Origin: Catajapyx aquilonaris
Taxonomy: Eukaryota
Direction: 5' to 3'
Length of the DNA stretch: 64,000 bases
NCBI GenBank assembly: GCA_000934665.2
Contig: KZ538331.1
Span: forward strand, 1-64,000
The translations under genes were made by a program, and so were the position numbers. Under the pieces are notes generated by a model. The model searched no databases and had not been told where the DNA came from. It worked only from the letters and a program-made list of their open reading frames with translations. Every line of letters begins with the position of its first letter. The stretch's first letter is position 1. Positions 1 to 11,982 of this stretch are shown one piece after another.

Positions 1-493
1 GGGGGGGTCATAGGGGGTGGGGTCCTTTTCTGCGGCGTTTGCTGCACCTCTGAAATCCACTTTGTCCGCCACTGGTCCCATAAATAAACAAGTACCCTCT
101 ATTCATCTCCCTCGTATACCATTGACAAATCAGTGCATTTTGCATGAAAAATACTGTACGTTACTCCAACAAACTACACACTGCACCAGAACCACACATT
201 GCTTTCTGCGTAGAAGCGCAGACACGCAGTAACCCCGTCACCCCCTGATAATGGGCTCGCTGCAATACAATTGAAGCGCTTTGGATGTCTATGTGCAAGG
301 ATGATGGGAGGAGAGTCCAACTGCTGGGGGGCAGGCAACGACAATATTATTACAACAGTGTCTCTTGTGGCAGGGATAAGAAAGTGATATCCCAGCAAAG
401 GCATCGAGGCCAGGTATAGCCTGCGCCCTCGACCATCGTGAGGCCAATAATCATGCAAAATGAATCGGTCAATTCCGTGCAGGTGGTTCCTAC

Positions 494-872
494 CAGTTGA
501 TCCCTGATTTCGTGCCTCCGCCTGGTGGTGGCCAGGTTGTGTTGGGCCTCCCTCTGCAGCCTTCCAGAAGGGGACGGGGATCGAACAGGGACCGGGATGG
601 AGACCACCACTGGCGCCGGGCTGAGAGGCGCCGCCGCTGCTGGAGAGAGTTGCTGTTGGTGCTGATGCAGGGTGGCCCTGGCCCCCACTAGTAGGTCTGC
701 TGGCCCGGTGCAGCTGGTGCTGCTGCAGCAGCTGCCTGTGGTGGTGGTGTTGTGGGCTGCGGCGGCGGCGCGCTCCAGCGCTTCCAGGCGGCGGCGCAGA
801 CGGACGTTGCTCTCCTCCAGAGCGGTACACCGGGTGTGCTGCTCGCCCACCTGATGCCGCCTCTCCAGTGCC
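494..872 (-). CDS. Internal coding exon of an unidentified coiled-coil protein; the gene runs off the left edge
   Basis: GC-rich open frame ALERRHQVGEQHTRCTALEESNVRLRRRLEALER...RLQREAQHNLATTRRRHEIRDQL between AG (aatag|) and GT (CTG|gtagg). A probable first exon ends at ~1997 (GAG|gtgagg) in a CpG-rich region. Confidence 0.5.
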
Positions 873-1989
873 TATTATACGAGCACCCACGATGTGTACA
901 CATACAGCCCACCCTCCACCAATTAGTACCACACACTCTAACACCCAGCAGCTAGGAACTACCGGATCCACACTGGTCCTGTCTCCTGATGGACTGATGC
1001 AAACAAAGGATCGGGCCCGTCCTTTGTCTGCATCAGTGCAGCAGACCAGGGTGATACCTGCGCTGGCATCACATTTCTAGTCATTCACGCTGGGGCCAGC
1101 GAGTGCATGCAATGCCACTGTGCAGCTAATTGCAATGAAACTAAACTCCAGAAGTCATGGACCGTGAAACGATATCGTCCCACTACTGGCGGGGTTATTT
1201 ATGCAGACGCGAAGTGATCAGAGATAAGGTGCAAATTGTTTCGGGGTTCTATAGTGTGCCATCGATCTGCAGACTGTAACAACACGTACCTACAGGTTTC
1301 CTATCAGTGCAATCAACAGGTTCACAGATAGTCTACGTATATAGGAGGAGGAGACCTACGGGTGCTGCATGCCAGAGTCAAAAATGGTGTACAGGTTGCT
1401 CGCACACCTGGACTTTGTGTAGATGGAGCCCTAATGGGACACTTGCACTGTGTAGCAACAGTTGCGGACAAAACGAGCCAGGGCACCACTTCTGGACGTC
1501 TCTGATGTACAATCACTTTACCGTCACGTAACTACTGAATTAAACGTAATCTGGGGTGCATTCGCGAGGTGTGCTAAATAAATTGTGTTTAGGCATCACA
1601 CACGTGTGTCGGTGTTTTTGTGTAGACACTAACACATTTCTACACTACTGAATCTGAGAGTCCATGCAGTATGAAAAATGTATAGGATGACTGACCCGAG
1701 GTAGACTGGTCTTCATAGTGCAGTAGTAAACGAACAGAGACTGACGGTGCAGGTATAGCCTATAAGAGTTTACATGATGTAATACCGTACGAGTATAGAA
1801 GTGGGGCAGTGACTAGTGACCTATAGGCTGCGGGAAGAGGTCAAGGGCCCGGATGCTGAGGAGTATGCAGCACTGCCCGCCTGCCTGCCTCACTGACTCA
1901 CTGACCCAACTGCCCGCTTCCCTCCCTGCCCTCGAAACAAGGGCACCCGATTGGACCCCAGGGTCCCCCGGGGGCGGCCTCGGGGCCAC

Positions 1990-2400
1990 GGCCTCACCTC
2001 CCCCCTGAGAGGCGGGCTCCTCCGAGCGCCTCCCTCCGTCTCTGGGAGTCGCCGCCGCCGCCGCAGCCTCCCGCACCGCCAAGATGGCGATGCCGACCGC
2101 CCCTTTACACACACCACCCATGCGCCTGCGATTCCGCGCTTCCCGGCGGTGGCAGCTCGCGTCCCAAGCCCGCCATCTTGGATCCTCCGCGATCCCCCCT
2201 AGTCAAATGACAACGCTCCACTTGCGGACCGCACCTTGGATCCAACATGCCAGCAGCCACCACCGCCCTCCAGTACGCAAACCCGTCCGATTTAGCTGTA
2301 TGTGCCGTCCCCATTGATTGAAGGGGAGGGTCTGCCCTGGTGAGAAATCGATAGAGGCGCCGCAAGTCACGTGACGACGGTAGAGCCTCTGCCTATATAN
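1990..2400 (-). promoter_or_regulatory. CpG-rich promoter and first-exon region
   Basis: CpG-rich, with YY1-like AAGATGGCG (~2081) and CGCCATCTT (~2171), palindromic E-box GTCACGTGAC (~2366) and a splice donor near 1996. An assembly gap (N run) lies at 2400-2413. Confidence 0.45.
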
Positions 2401-3704
2401 NNNNNNNNNNNNNATGACCTGCATCCACACCTTCAACCCCCCACCCCCCACCCTATGTACTCTGATGGGGCTATACTTGACACCACCACATCTCAATGTC
2501 CACCTTGAACCTCATTACCTCCGTAGCGATTTGTAAATGGCGCTCCAGCACCAGCCGCTCTTTGTTGGCCAATCGCAGGAGCCGCAAGGCCTCTGACTCC
2601 TTGCTCTCGCGCTCACGGCTCTTCAGGATGCGACTCTTCGTGACGATCTTTGCACCCGCTTCCTTTGACCGCATCACCTGTATAGGATCGTGTTAATTGA
2701 CATGTCCCATCTCCCAAGCCGGAACATGCATGATACAATCTGCCAATCAGATTGCTGTACTGACCTGCCCTTGGACTTTGACCCTAGTCCTGGTGACAGT
2801 CATTTCGGCCTTGATTGGTGCAGGTCGTTGCCTTTGGCGTTGTGTCGGAGGTCGTTCAATTTCGAGCTCCATCCTCATCGTGTCTCGTCTGCTAACCGGC
2901 TGAGGACTTGTGCCTAACCATATTACTGCGATTTGGATGAGGCTTGGGCGCCGGAAGACCCCCGAAGCGCTTGGCCAACCATCTAGAAATTATGTCACGG
3001 GCTATTCGCTACCGCTACATCTCTTGCGAGAAATTTTATGGGCCCGTCTGAATAGCATAACCATAGAGGCACGATGTGGAAATTATTAAAAAATGTTGAG
3101 GTTGCAGCATGGAAATTGCCGGGAGCATGTTATGGTGGGTTGACACCACATATATGCGAGATATGCTATACGCGCTATAATTTTTCGCAGCTTGCTGATT
3201 TGTTGCAATTTAGACTTCCTTTCACCTGATGCCTGGAAGGAAATGACACAGCGTTTCCCACCTGATGTAATTAGCACGGAAACATTAACGTAATTGCACT
3301 TCCCTTTTGATCGCGTCATACTGAGGGCCAAGCACAGTGTGTCAGTAGACTGCAAGAAAGAGGCGCCATTACGGCGCATGGTAATGTGGCTCGGCACCAT
3401 CCATATCTCCCAAGCATTCTTTTTATACTGCGCCATCCCCTCCTTGGAATAGAATTGTGGCTACTTTAAGACCCGCCCGCACTATTATTGTCGTCGCGGA
3501 GAGGTTCTTGTCCCTAACCCAGTGACCTATTTATTGGCGGTTTGTCCCCCTTGCACTGGAGGGCGACACTGCTTCGATCGTGGTCACTCCCTCTCTTATC
3601 GCGATCCCTCTTCAGCTCCCACCCGTCCAGTGGGGTTGCCGATTAGGCGCTGGTGTAGCTCCCAAACCGCCAATTCAAATCTAGTCTAGTCTCCATAAGA
3701 CCAT

Positions 3705-3766
3705 GAGACTTCAAACCTCGCTTCAAACCATCAATCATACTACACAATGCAAACCACTCGGCCACT
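3705..3766 (-). mobile_element. Possible tRNA-derived SINE head (degenerate)
   Basis: Minus strand has an A-box-like GTGGCCGAGTGG followed ~45 nt later by a B-box-like GGTTTGAAGTC. No cloverleaf. Confidence 0.3.
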
Positions 3767-3869
3767 CCAACTTGTAATACTTACTGGCAACGCTTACTTC
3801 CCCGAACATAGTAATGGCCAGATGTATTGATGGGGTCTGCCTTACGTGGAGGAGGATATTCATAGCCAC

Positions 3870-5214
3870 GACAATTTTACTTTCCTTCCTTTTTGGGCAG
3901 CAAAATCACTAATCACACTCTCATTAATCAATTTGATTAGTCAATTCTAGCTCATTTGACAATGTAGGCAAATTACCCAACCTCCAAGTGCTCATAGTGG
4001 AACGTAGATAATTTTTAATTAATTTTAGCTTCAAACAGCTCCTCATACAGCTGGAAACACTAATATTCCGACTTTTAGACAAATCCGCAACAATATGACA
4101 ATATTATTTGGCACTGATATATCTAGACCAGGTCTAGACTAAGCTGTTGAATGAAGTTCAGGAGTTCAAGTGGATTTTCATTCCTTAAATTAAACTTATT
4201 CCAGCTTGTTCCTTTGAAACCGCAATGAAACTATGAAGTCTTTTCCTTTCAATTTCGAACTCTTCCTGGTCAATGTCATCAGGGAGCATATTCTAAATCA
4301 CAATCATATCCGGCATGCAAAAGTCGTGATGGAGTAAGGAAGCCAAATCTTTCAGCCAGTTCAGGAAGCTGGAGAAATCTCACGGTAATCTCTTGAATTA
4401 CCGTAAGTTATTTGAAGGCCTATAAGACGCACCCCCATTTCAGAAGATCATATTCAGGAAAAAATGGTTCGTATTGTATTTTCACATAATTATGAGATGC
4501 AGGGTGATTTTTTGAGCTATTTTTGGGGGAAAGTGCACTTTATACATATGCCGTCAAATACAGTACTCTGGTCAGTGAAAAAAATATTTCCCTCCTGAAT
4601 TCGTCGTCATAGGGTAAGTTGTTCCCAGCGTGGTTCCATAAGGCATAACGATACATAGTTCTTCACACAGTCCTTTAGCATACCTTTAATAGCTCCACCA
4701 TTCAGTAAACAATGAGCACTCATCTTCTGAGCCCATTGTTGTACTGTACTATCAGTTCACCAAGAATTGCCATAGCGGCAGCTCACCAACTACAGTCTAT
4801 GAGCACTTCTCCATTGACTTCTCCCCCCGGAAGTGCTCGTAACTGTAGTTCGTGTGCTGCCGCTGCGACAATTCTTGGTGGACTGATAGTACATGCAATC
4901 CTTTACTTTGTACATAAGTCTGGGCATCATTAATTTCCGCAAGAACAGAATCCTACAAACCCAAAAAGCACAGAAACGAAAACGATTGCAACGCACTGAG
5001 CATTTCTGACCACTTTGTAGCATTTTCATCTGAACTTGTCATCATTCTAATGCATAATCCTTGGGTGTTTATAAATGAAGTAATTGGAAAACATCTTAAT
5101 ATTTGTAGAATCACTAAAATAATCGAGTTCGCTGTAGCTGCAGTATGACAAAAACTGCCGCCCCCTTCAACTTGCCGCCTGAGGCGGCCCACCCCCCGCC
5201 TCGCTACGCCACTG
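3870..5214 (-). mobile_element. Decayed hAT DNA transposon
   Basis: Minus strand ~4065-3873 translates to SVSSCMRSCLKLKLIKNYLRSTMSTWRLGNLPTLSNELELTNQID*..ESVISDFAAQKGRKVKL, matching the hAT C-terminal dimerisation motif (S.ERSFS.LKLIK.YLRSTM...RL), with a stop and frameshift. hAT-like terminus CAGTGGCGTAGC at 5214-5203. Confidence 0.7.
4400..4564. mobile_element. Tc1/mariner-pogo-type MITE nested in the hAT remnant
   Basis: Degenerate termini TACCGTA..TATAAGACGCAC ... GTGCACTTTATA..AAATACAGTA with TA flanks. Confidence 0.5.
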
Positions 5215-5947
5215 GATACTGACCCTTAATATTTGTCTTGTGGACAGTCCAATTTATCTTCAACAGATGATCAAGTCAGTATTAACATATTTTGCAATAA
5301 AATATGCTCAAAATAAACACAAGTGTATAAAACAAAAATAACGATCTGCCAAAAAAAAAAAAAAACACCAACTGTACAGAAAAAAACTATTCTTCATAGA
5401 AATAAAAAATGTATGTATCTAGGAAAATTTTCCCGTAGCAATTTATATACAGTCAACATCTTAGTCAACATATTATACAAGTTTACAAAGCCCATTCAAT
5501 AGCTTGTAGAATAGTAAACTTGCCTAACTTACCCTAACCTTTCCATTAGAACAATTGAAGGGTTTGACTATGAAACATGTCCACCCGTTTTTGTTAAATT
5601 CACTTTTTACCATCAGATGACGGATCATAATATGAACTGTTAAGCCAACATACTGTATGGCAGTAATGCAAAGAAATCTTTCTGTTAAGCAGCGGCATCA
5701 GCAGTTTCAGGTCAAAAATGCCAACCTACAAAATCGTGGCCAACCGTGCTCTAAAAGAATTGAGACTGTTTTCTTCAGATAATATGCATTTTTCAGAAGA
5801 TGTTGATGCTGTGGAAACTCCAAGTGAGTCAAGTGCCACTTTGCACTTCCCTTCGCATCTATCCCTTGGCTTCATTCATTATATACCTAAGTGGTGCAAA
5901 ATTAAACTAATTTTGCCTTTGCCTGACTGTCTTTCTTGGCCTCTAGT

Positions 5948-8900
5948 CTATGTGGTCCACTGGCGTATCCTCATGTTTAAATAGTACTTAACAGCTAAAG
6001 TCATAGTGTCCATTTTATGAATATCACATGAAAAGCTGAGGTCACATGTATCCAGAACCTCTTCTACGGTCCTTTCATATGCATCTGGCTGACTGCAGTA
6101 CTTGGCAAAGCATGTCTCTACTGACCTGATGAAATTAAACAACTGAATATGAGGATGAATCAACTTTCCATGGCTCTTGAGGTTGAAAAGCTGTGCAGCA
6201 ATCTGCTGGGAACATGTCAAGGTTGATATGAAAGCAGATCTACACCTGTCACATTTTGAGTACTTGGAGATCTGCTTTGCCAAATATCCCGTAATGTAAA
6301 ATATTGCACATTCCACAACAGGAGCACAGGTGTAATCATGTTCCACTATGTCAGAGAACTCACACTCCTTTGTGTCGACAATGAATGTTAATTTTTCCTT
6401 CAAGGCTTCAACAGCTGATGGTTTAGGAGTGCCCTGGGAGAAGATTTCCAGTATGAGACTTCTTTTCAAAGGTGGCTCTGTTGGTGTGTCGTCATTTGTG
6501 GTGCAGTTTCCACACTTTGGTGGTTTAAGCAAACTGTGAACGGACAGAAGCTTATAGAGCTGCAGAAATGTTGGCGTAGCTGGATGATCATTTGAGCCCT
6601 CTGCCAGCCTCACTGTTCCAAAGCATCTCTGTAACAGACACGATTTATGCTCAAGACTAAGGATGGCACTAAATTGCTTGTCTTACCTCGAGAGCATCCT
6701 GATTAATCCTGCCACTTGGAAGATGATTAAACCCAAACTTGTGTTTCAGGTACCAGCATATTCCAATGGTCGATTGCAAAGTTACTCGCAGACCTTCTGC
6801 AGTACTCGAAGACAAGAATTGGCCTGGAAGTATCTGGCCTTCCTGCAGTCCCTTCTCCCAGTCATTGAGCCACTGCAGAGTACTTTTCAATACCTGCGGT
6901 TATGAGAGATCGTCAAACATGCACGTACTACATGTCATGAAGTGCAGCAATGATTATGTTGCATTAGGGTGAAAAATTAAAATCACAAACCTTGTAATCT
7001 GTGCTGCCTGGCGTAACTCCTTCACGTAGTACTTTCCGGTTTAGTGAATCAAAAGCAAAATTCATTACCCGGCAAAGGTTAACTGTCCCTAGACAGTCAT
7101 CCAGACTCCTCACTCCTTGGGCTGCATAAAATTCGAGTCCTTCAGCAACAGATTTGCTGAATATCTGTAGTACAGGGAAGTAAATGTAGATTACATATGT
7201 ATATGAGGGGCATTCATGAAGTTCATATCTTTGGGTTGTAACAAAAGAGAGATACGGTTCAAATTGCACATATGCATTAGTACTTCTCTCTATAGTCTAT
7301 AACCTGCAAGGCCACACATTTTTCCCTGCAATGCACGATGATGCACAACCTGTTGGACCCTGTCATTGTAGAAGTTGACACTTCATGCTTGAAAAAAGTT
7401 TTCAACCCGTTTCCCATGGTGGGGGGTACTTGTGTTTCTCCCATGACTCCAAAAGCTTGAGATAGCATTCCAATAAACGAAGCTACCACCAGCATAGCTC
7501 TTCAGGGTCACAGGAGAAACACAAGCCCCACCACCATCAGATATCGAAAACTTTTTTCAAGCATAAGTGTTGACTTCTACAATGACGGTCTTGTGCATCG
7601 TCATGCATTGCAGGGAAAAATGTGCGGCTTTGCAGGGTTCATATAGAGAGAAGGACTAATACATGTGAGCAATTTGAACAGTTTTTCTCTCTTCCTTCAA
7701 CCCAAAAGTACAAACTTTATGAATGCCCCTCGTATAGGCTACAGTATGTCTTATACACTGCAAAACGTGCGTAATAAATGCACTTTTTGGCAAGTTCAGG
7801 AATTGTTCTCTGGGAGGGCTACATGGCCACCACATGACTTACACAATACTGTTCACTTACCTGTGTGGCAAGATGAATTCTCATTTTTGTACTGCTGCTG
7901 CTAAGGACCACGTGATTCAAGGTTATTCTGGGACACACTTGCATGTCAGCAGGAAGCAATCGGTCCTGTTCATGTAATGTGACTAAGTGCTGCCATTTTG
8001 CAGGAGTTGAGTTGGGGTGAACCTATATTTCAATTATGACTTGTGAGACACCATGGTACAGGATGTTGCATTCAGAAATAACTTACGACAAGTTCTTGTT
8101 CCTGATAGAGGCGGTCTCTCACACTCTTCACCAGGGATGGAGTGTCAAAAAATACGAAAATGCACCTCTTTGGATCCATGGGATGCTCAAATGAGTTGTT
8201 CAATTCATCAGACCCAGGGTGTTGCAGCTTACCACTGATTCCAAGCAAAGACCACACCTCGTGGTCTGTTTGGGCTCCACCCGATACAAGTCCATGAATC
8301 TTTGCACCACTTTTTTCCAGGAAAGTTATGGCCTTTATGATGATTTGGGCCAAGGCAGTCCCTTTCACTGGTCCTTTGGAGGCGAACATGCCTATAGCCT
8401 GTGTGTATTGCGCTGCAAGCGGCTGAAACATGAACACAAGGGCATGTGTGGCCCTTTCCGCCATGTCTGTTCCCTGAACATCCCCCTCACCAAAATCTAG
8501 GAGCCCCTTGTACGTTAATGTGCGGGAACACACAGACGGACTTTCACGAACAGACACCTCATCAAAAAGAATAACTCCATGTCTCTGCATGTCTGGTTTT
8601 TGGTCCAGGTATTTCTTGAACATATCAAAAAAATTAGGGTCAAAACCACAAGGAGTTTTGATCATGGCTAAATATCTGTGAATGGTTCTCAGGCAAGGCA
8701 AAGGCAGGCTTTGATTATCTCGTAGGGAGTTGTATGAGGAGGGAGATCTGATATGCAGCAGAAGGCAGAGTAGAATCCAGTCTTCTGTGTACTGCCTTCC
8801 ATTAGCATCTTGGACCTTTGAAGCTGCTACAATTTCTGCTACTGTGGTTCGTTCATGGGATGCCAACTGGGCAAGCATATCGTCTACAGACTTGTCATTC

Positions 8901-11900
8901 ATAGCAGCCATCTCCAGTTGTGTTTTGCAAACTTCTTCCTGCAGCCATGTCACTTTCATTTGTACTCGTAGCTTGCCTGCCTGATATATGAGCATGTGTG
9001 TCCTAAGTGACCGCAACTCTGTTTTCCTTCTTGGTGTGAGAGCGGAACGTTTTTGTTGAGGACCTGACACAGTTCTTTCCACCTGCAGAATATTTGCAAG
9101 TTCAGTCTTCCTTATGCTTTTGCAGCTGACACACATTCTGTCATGATCTACAACCAGGTTGCAGTCCTTGTGCCGTATATACCCAAGGCAGTCTTTGAAT
9201 GCTGATTCAGTACATCCTGTGTCGGCAAGATCTGCACGCAACATAGTACTTTCACAAACTTTGGCTCTGTCGAATTCAAATATTAAGTCTTCCAAGTGCT
9301 GCAAGGATTGAAGCCTGTCATGGGGTATGCGTAACTTTTCTATGTCTAGTGGAATACCCACAACACTACATTTTATTATTCCATTTTCATCAACAGATAT
9401 GCTCTTATGGAAAGCAGGTGCAATATGATGATTCCCATCTCTTTCACTGACCAACTGAGAATAGCACACCATTAGAGGACCTGCCGCTGGGACCACGCGG
9501 TTCCAGTAGGGAGGAAGTGTAACAGTTTCAGAGTTTTTGTAGAGGTTCATTAATGTCTTGAAGTCTTTCACTGCACATTTTGAATTCTCTTCTGCCACTG
9601 CCTCTTGTCCCACACTGGGAGAATCTTGAGAAGGGGACGCAAGGGTGGAAAACACAATATCTTGGCCCGAGTTGTCAGCACATGTTTGTTCTTCACTGTC
9701 TGATGTGTGATGTGGCACTGACAATGCTGCAGTATTACTTGGAGGATGGTCAGACTGAATTGATGGCTGGGTAATCCTGCCATTACCAGATGTTTCATGG
9801 CATGGCAATGCTGTAGGATCATTTGGGGGATGGGTAGGTTGGATTGATGGTTTGATATACCCCTTGCGGCCTGGCAATTTGTCATGATAAATAATGACAC
9901 CACTATGTGCTGGTCCATTCACATACGCGTGATCAAGTAAGTGTGGTGTCATTACTTGGCTGCTGTCTGGTTGCGTATCAAGGGGGTAACCACTTCGTGG
10001 AACTGGTGTACAGGGTTCCTGTGGAACCAGGCCGGAACCAGCTTGAAACTGGACTGCCCACCTGGTTCCAGGAACAGGTGTACACTCTTTTGGGGAGTTG
10101 TAACCCCCTTGTCGCTTATTGTTCTTGCCAGATGATACCGTGGTATTACAACGCTCAAGCTGTAGATGGGGCACAGCACCACGTTTCAGTCGAGGACGGA
10201 GGAGAGTAATCTGGTGGGAAAAATTATAACCATATTAAAATGAGTGTACTGTAAACATGCAGGGACATCCTTACCAATGAAATTACCAATAATTTACTTC
10301 CAAATAAAAAAGCTCACTTTTCCATTTCCTGACACCCATTATGAATTTTTTCTGGAAAAGACAAAGAGTTCTGCTATAATACTGTATACACTGTATACTG
10401 TATAATAATATCTAGAGAAACGACTGCCTATCCTTTCCCCGGCTGAGGCAGACTTGGGTCAAGATCAATTGTTGACACTATATACTTCTAGCATCTCCAT
10501 AGAAATGTGAAAGGTGAGATCAAAGAAATGACATTTATGACCTGTGAAAAGACACTGATGTGCCCTTTTCCACCCTGGACTTGCACTTGAAGGTGCAATA
10601 GTGGTTTGGAATGGTCGTAACAATTTTCTTGAGTGCTGATCTGGAACCAAACTACTGGTTTTGGCTAGATAGCCTCTCTAGTTTGGGCGGTAAGGATGCA
10701 GTTTAGTGTTGAGCCCCGCAAAACTCTTGCAGATTTCTATATATTTTCTGAATCTACTCGATGAGCTGAGTCAAATGACATTATTCCGAGTGTGCGGAAA
10801 TGTTTGGTTCAAGAGTAATTTAATTTTGAAATTGCAAGTAATAACAATGAATAAATGAAAATGAACAAGTGTTCCTTTGTTGGAACAGTCTACTCCCATT
10901 GTTGAGTGAAGGCATATCCATGGTAATTTTAAATGAAATTTGGGGGTTGTGTGTTCGCAGTGTTCGCAGCATTACTGCCCGCCTTGTGGCAGTGTAGATG
11001 GGGGTGTTGCGTGATGAGGCTGTGGCAAAGCCACAATAACGTCGTTGGCCTGCGGTGGTAAATGTTGCGGATTCAAAACTCACAATAAGCACCCAGCTCC
11101 GCTTCGCTCCGCATTAACCAAAATTTTCATGCATGGGCGACGTACCGTGCCTGGCAGGGCCACAAGATGGACAGTACTGGTGCGATCACTCCAACGCCTC
11201 ACAGATAACACCAACACAATCAGTGTGGGGCATTCATTGAGTAATAAAAAAGGCTTAGGATGCATTTTACTGCACACTTGTTGGCGGGCAAGATGGGAGC
11301 AGTGGCCCACTAGACACCATCCTCCCTCCTTACTTCTAGGAAGGCTGGCCCCAAGGCTTACCCAATTCCAGATATGCACTGATATGCCTCGGCCATGAAT
11401 GCTCCTGAATGATGTTAAATTAAACTCATGCACTCTCGTTCTATATCCACCGAACCAAGAACAACCGCGTTTATTTACATCATTCAGCATCCCTCACAGC
11501 ACATTGCCATGGTAACTATGACGTTTCCACAGAGAATCACCTCACGCAGCAATGGGAGTGAACAGTTTCAACAAAGGAATACTTGTTTACTTTCATTTAA
11601 TTCATTGTTATTACTTGCGATTTCAAAATTCAATTACTCTTGAACCAAACATTTCCGCACACTAGGAATAGTGTCATTCGACTCAGCTCATCCAGTTTAT
11701 TCAAGAAATACACAGAAACCTGCAAGATTTTTGCAGGGCTAAACTGCACTGAAGCCGTTTTAGCTCCGTACTTCTGAGTCTAAACATTATGACAGTTGTC
11801 CAGCAACTGGGACAACAATTCAGACTAACACTACCCAAGTATAGACTCTTACTTCGACCCAATTAGTCCAATAATGTCAAGCGTCCGCCATCTTTACTAG

Positions 11901-11950
11901 TGTAATATTGTTTGCCTGCCAGAGTTTTCACCTCGAGTGCTCTCTCTAGG

Positions 11951-11982
<32 letters not shown>

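Noticed and set aside
2471..2677. Basic, bZIP-looking ORF (KSRILKSRERESKE...)
   Set aside because: Lacks the bZIP N-x7-R signature and a clear zipper, abuts an assembly gap, and could not be linked to other exons.
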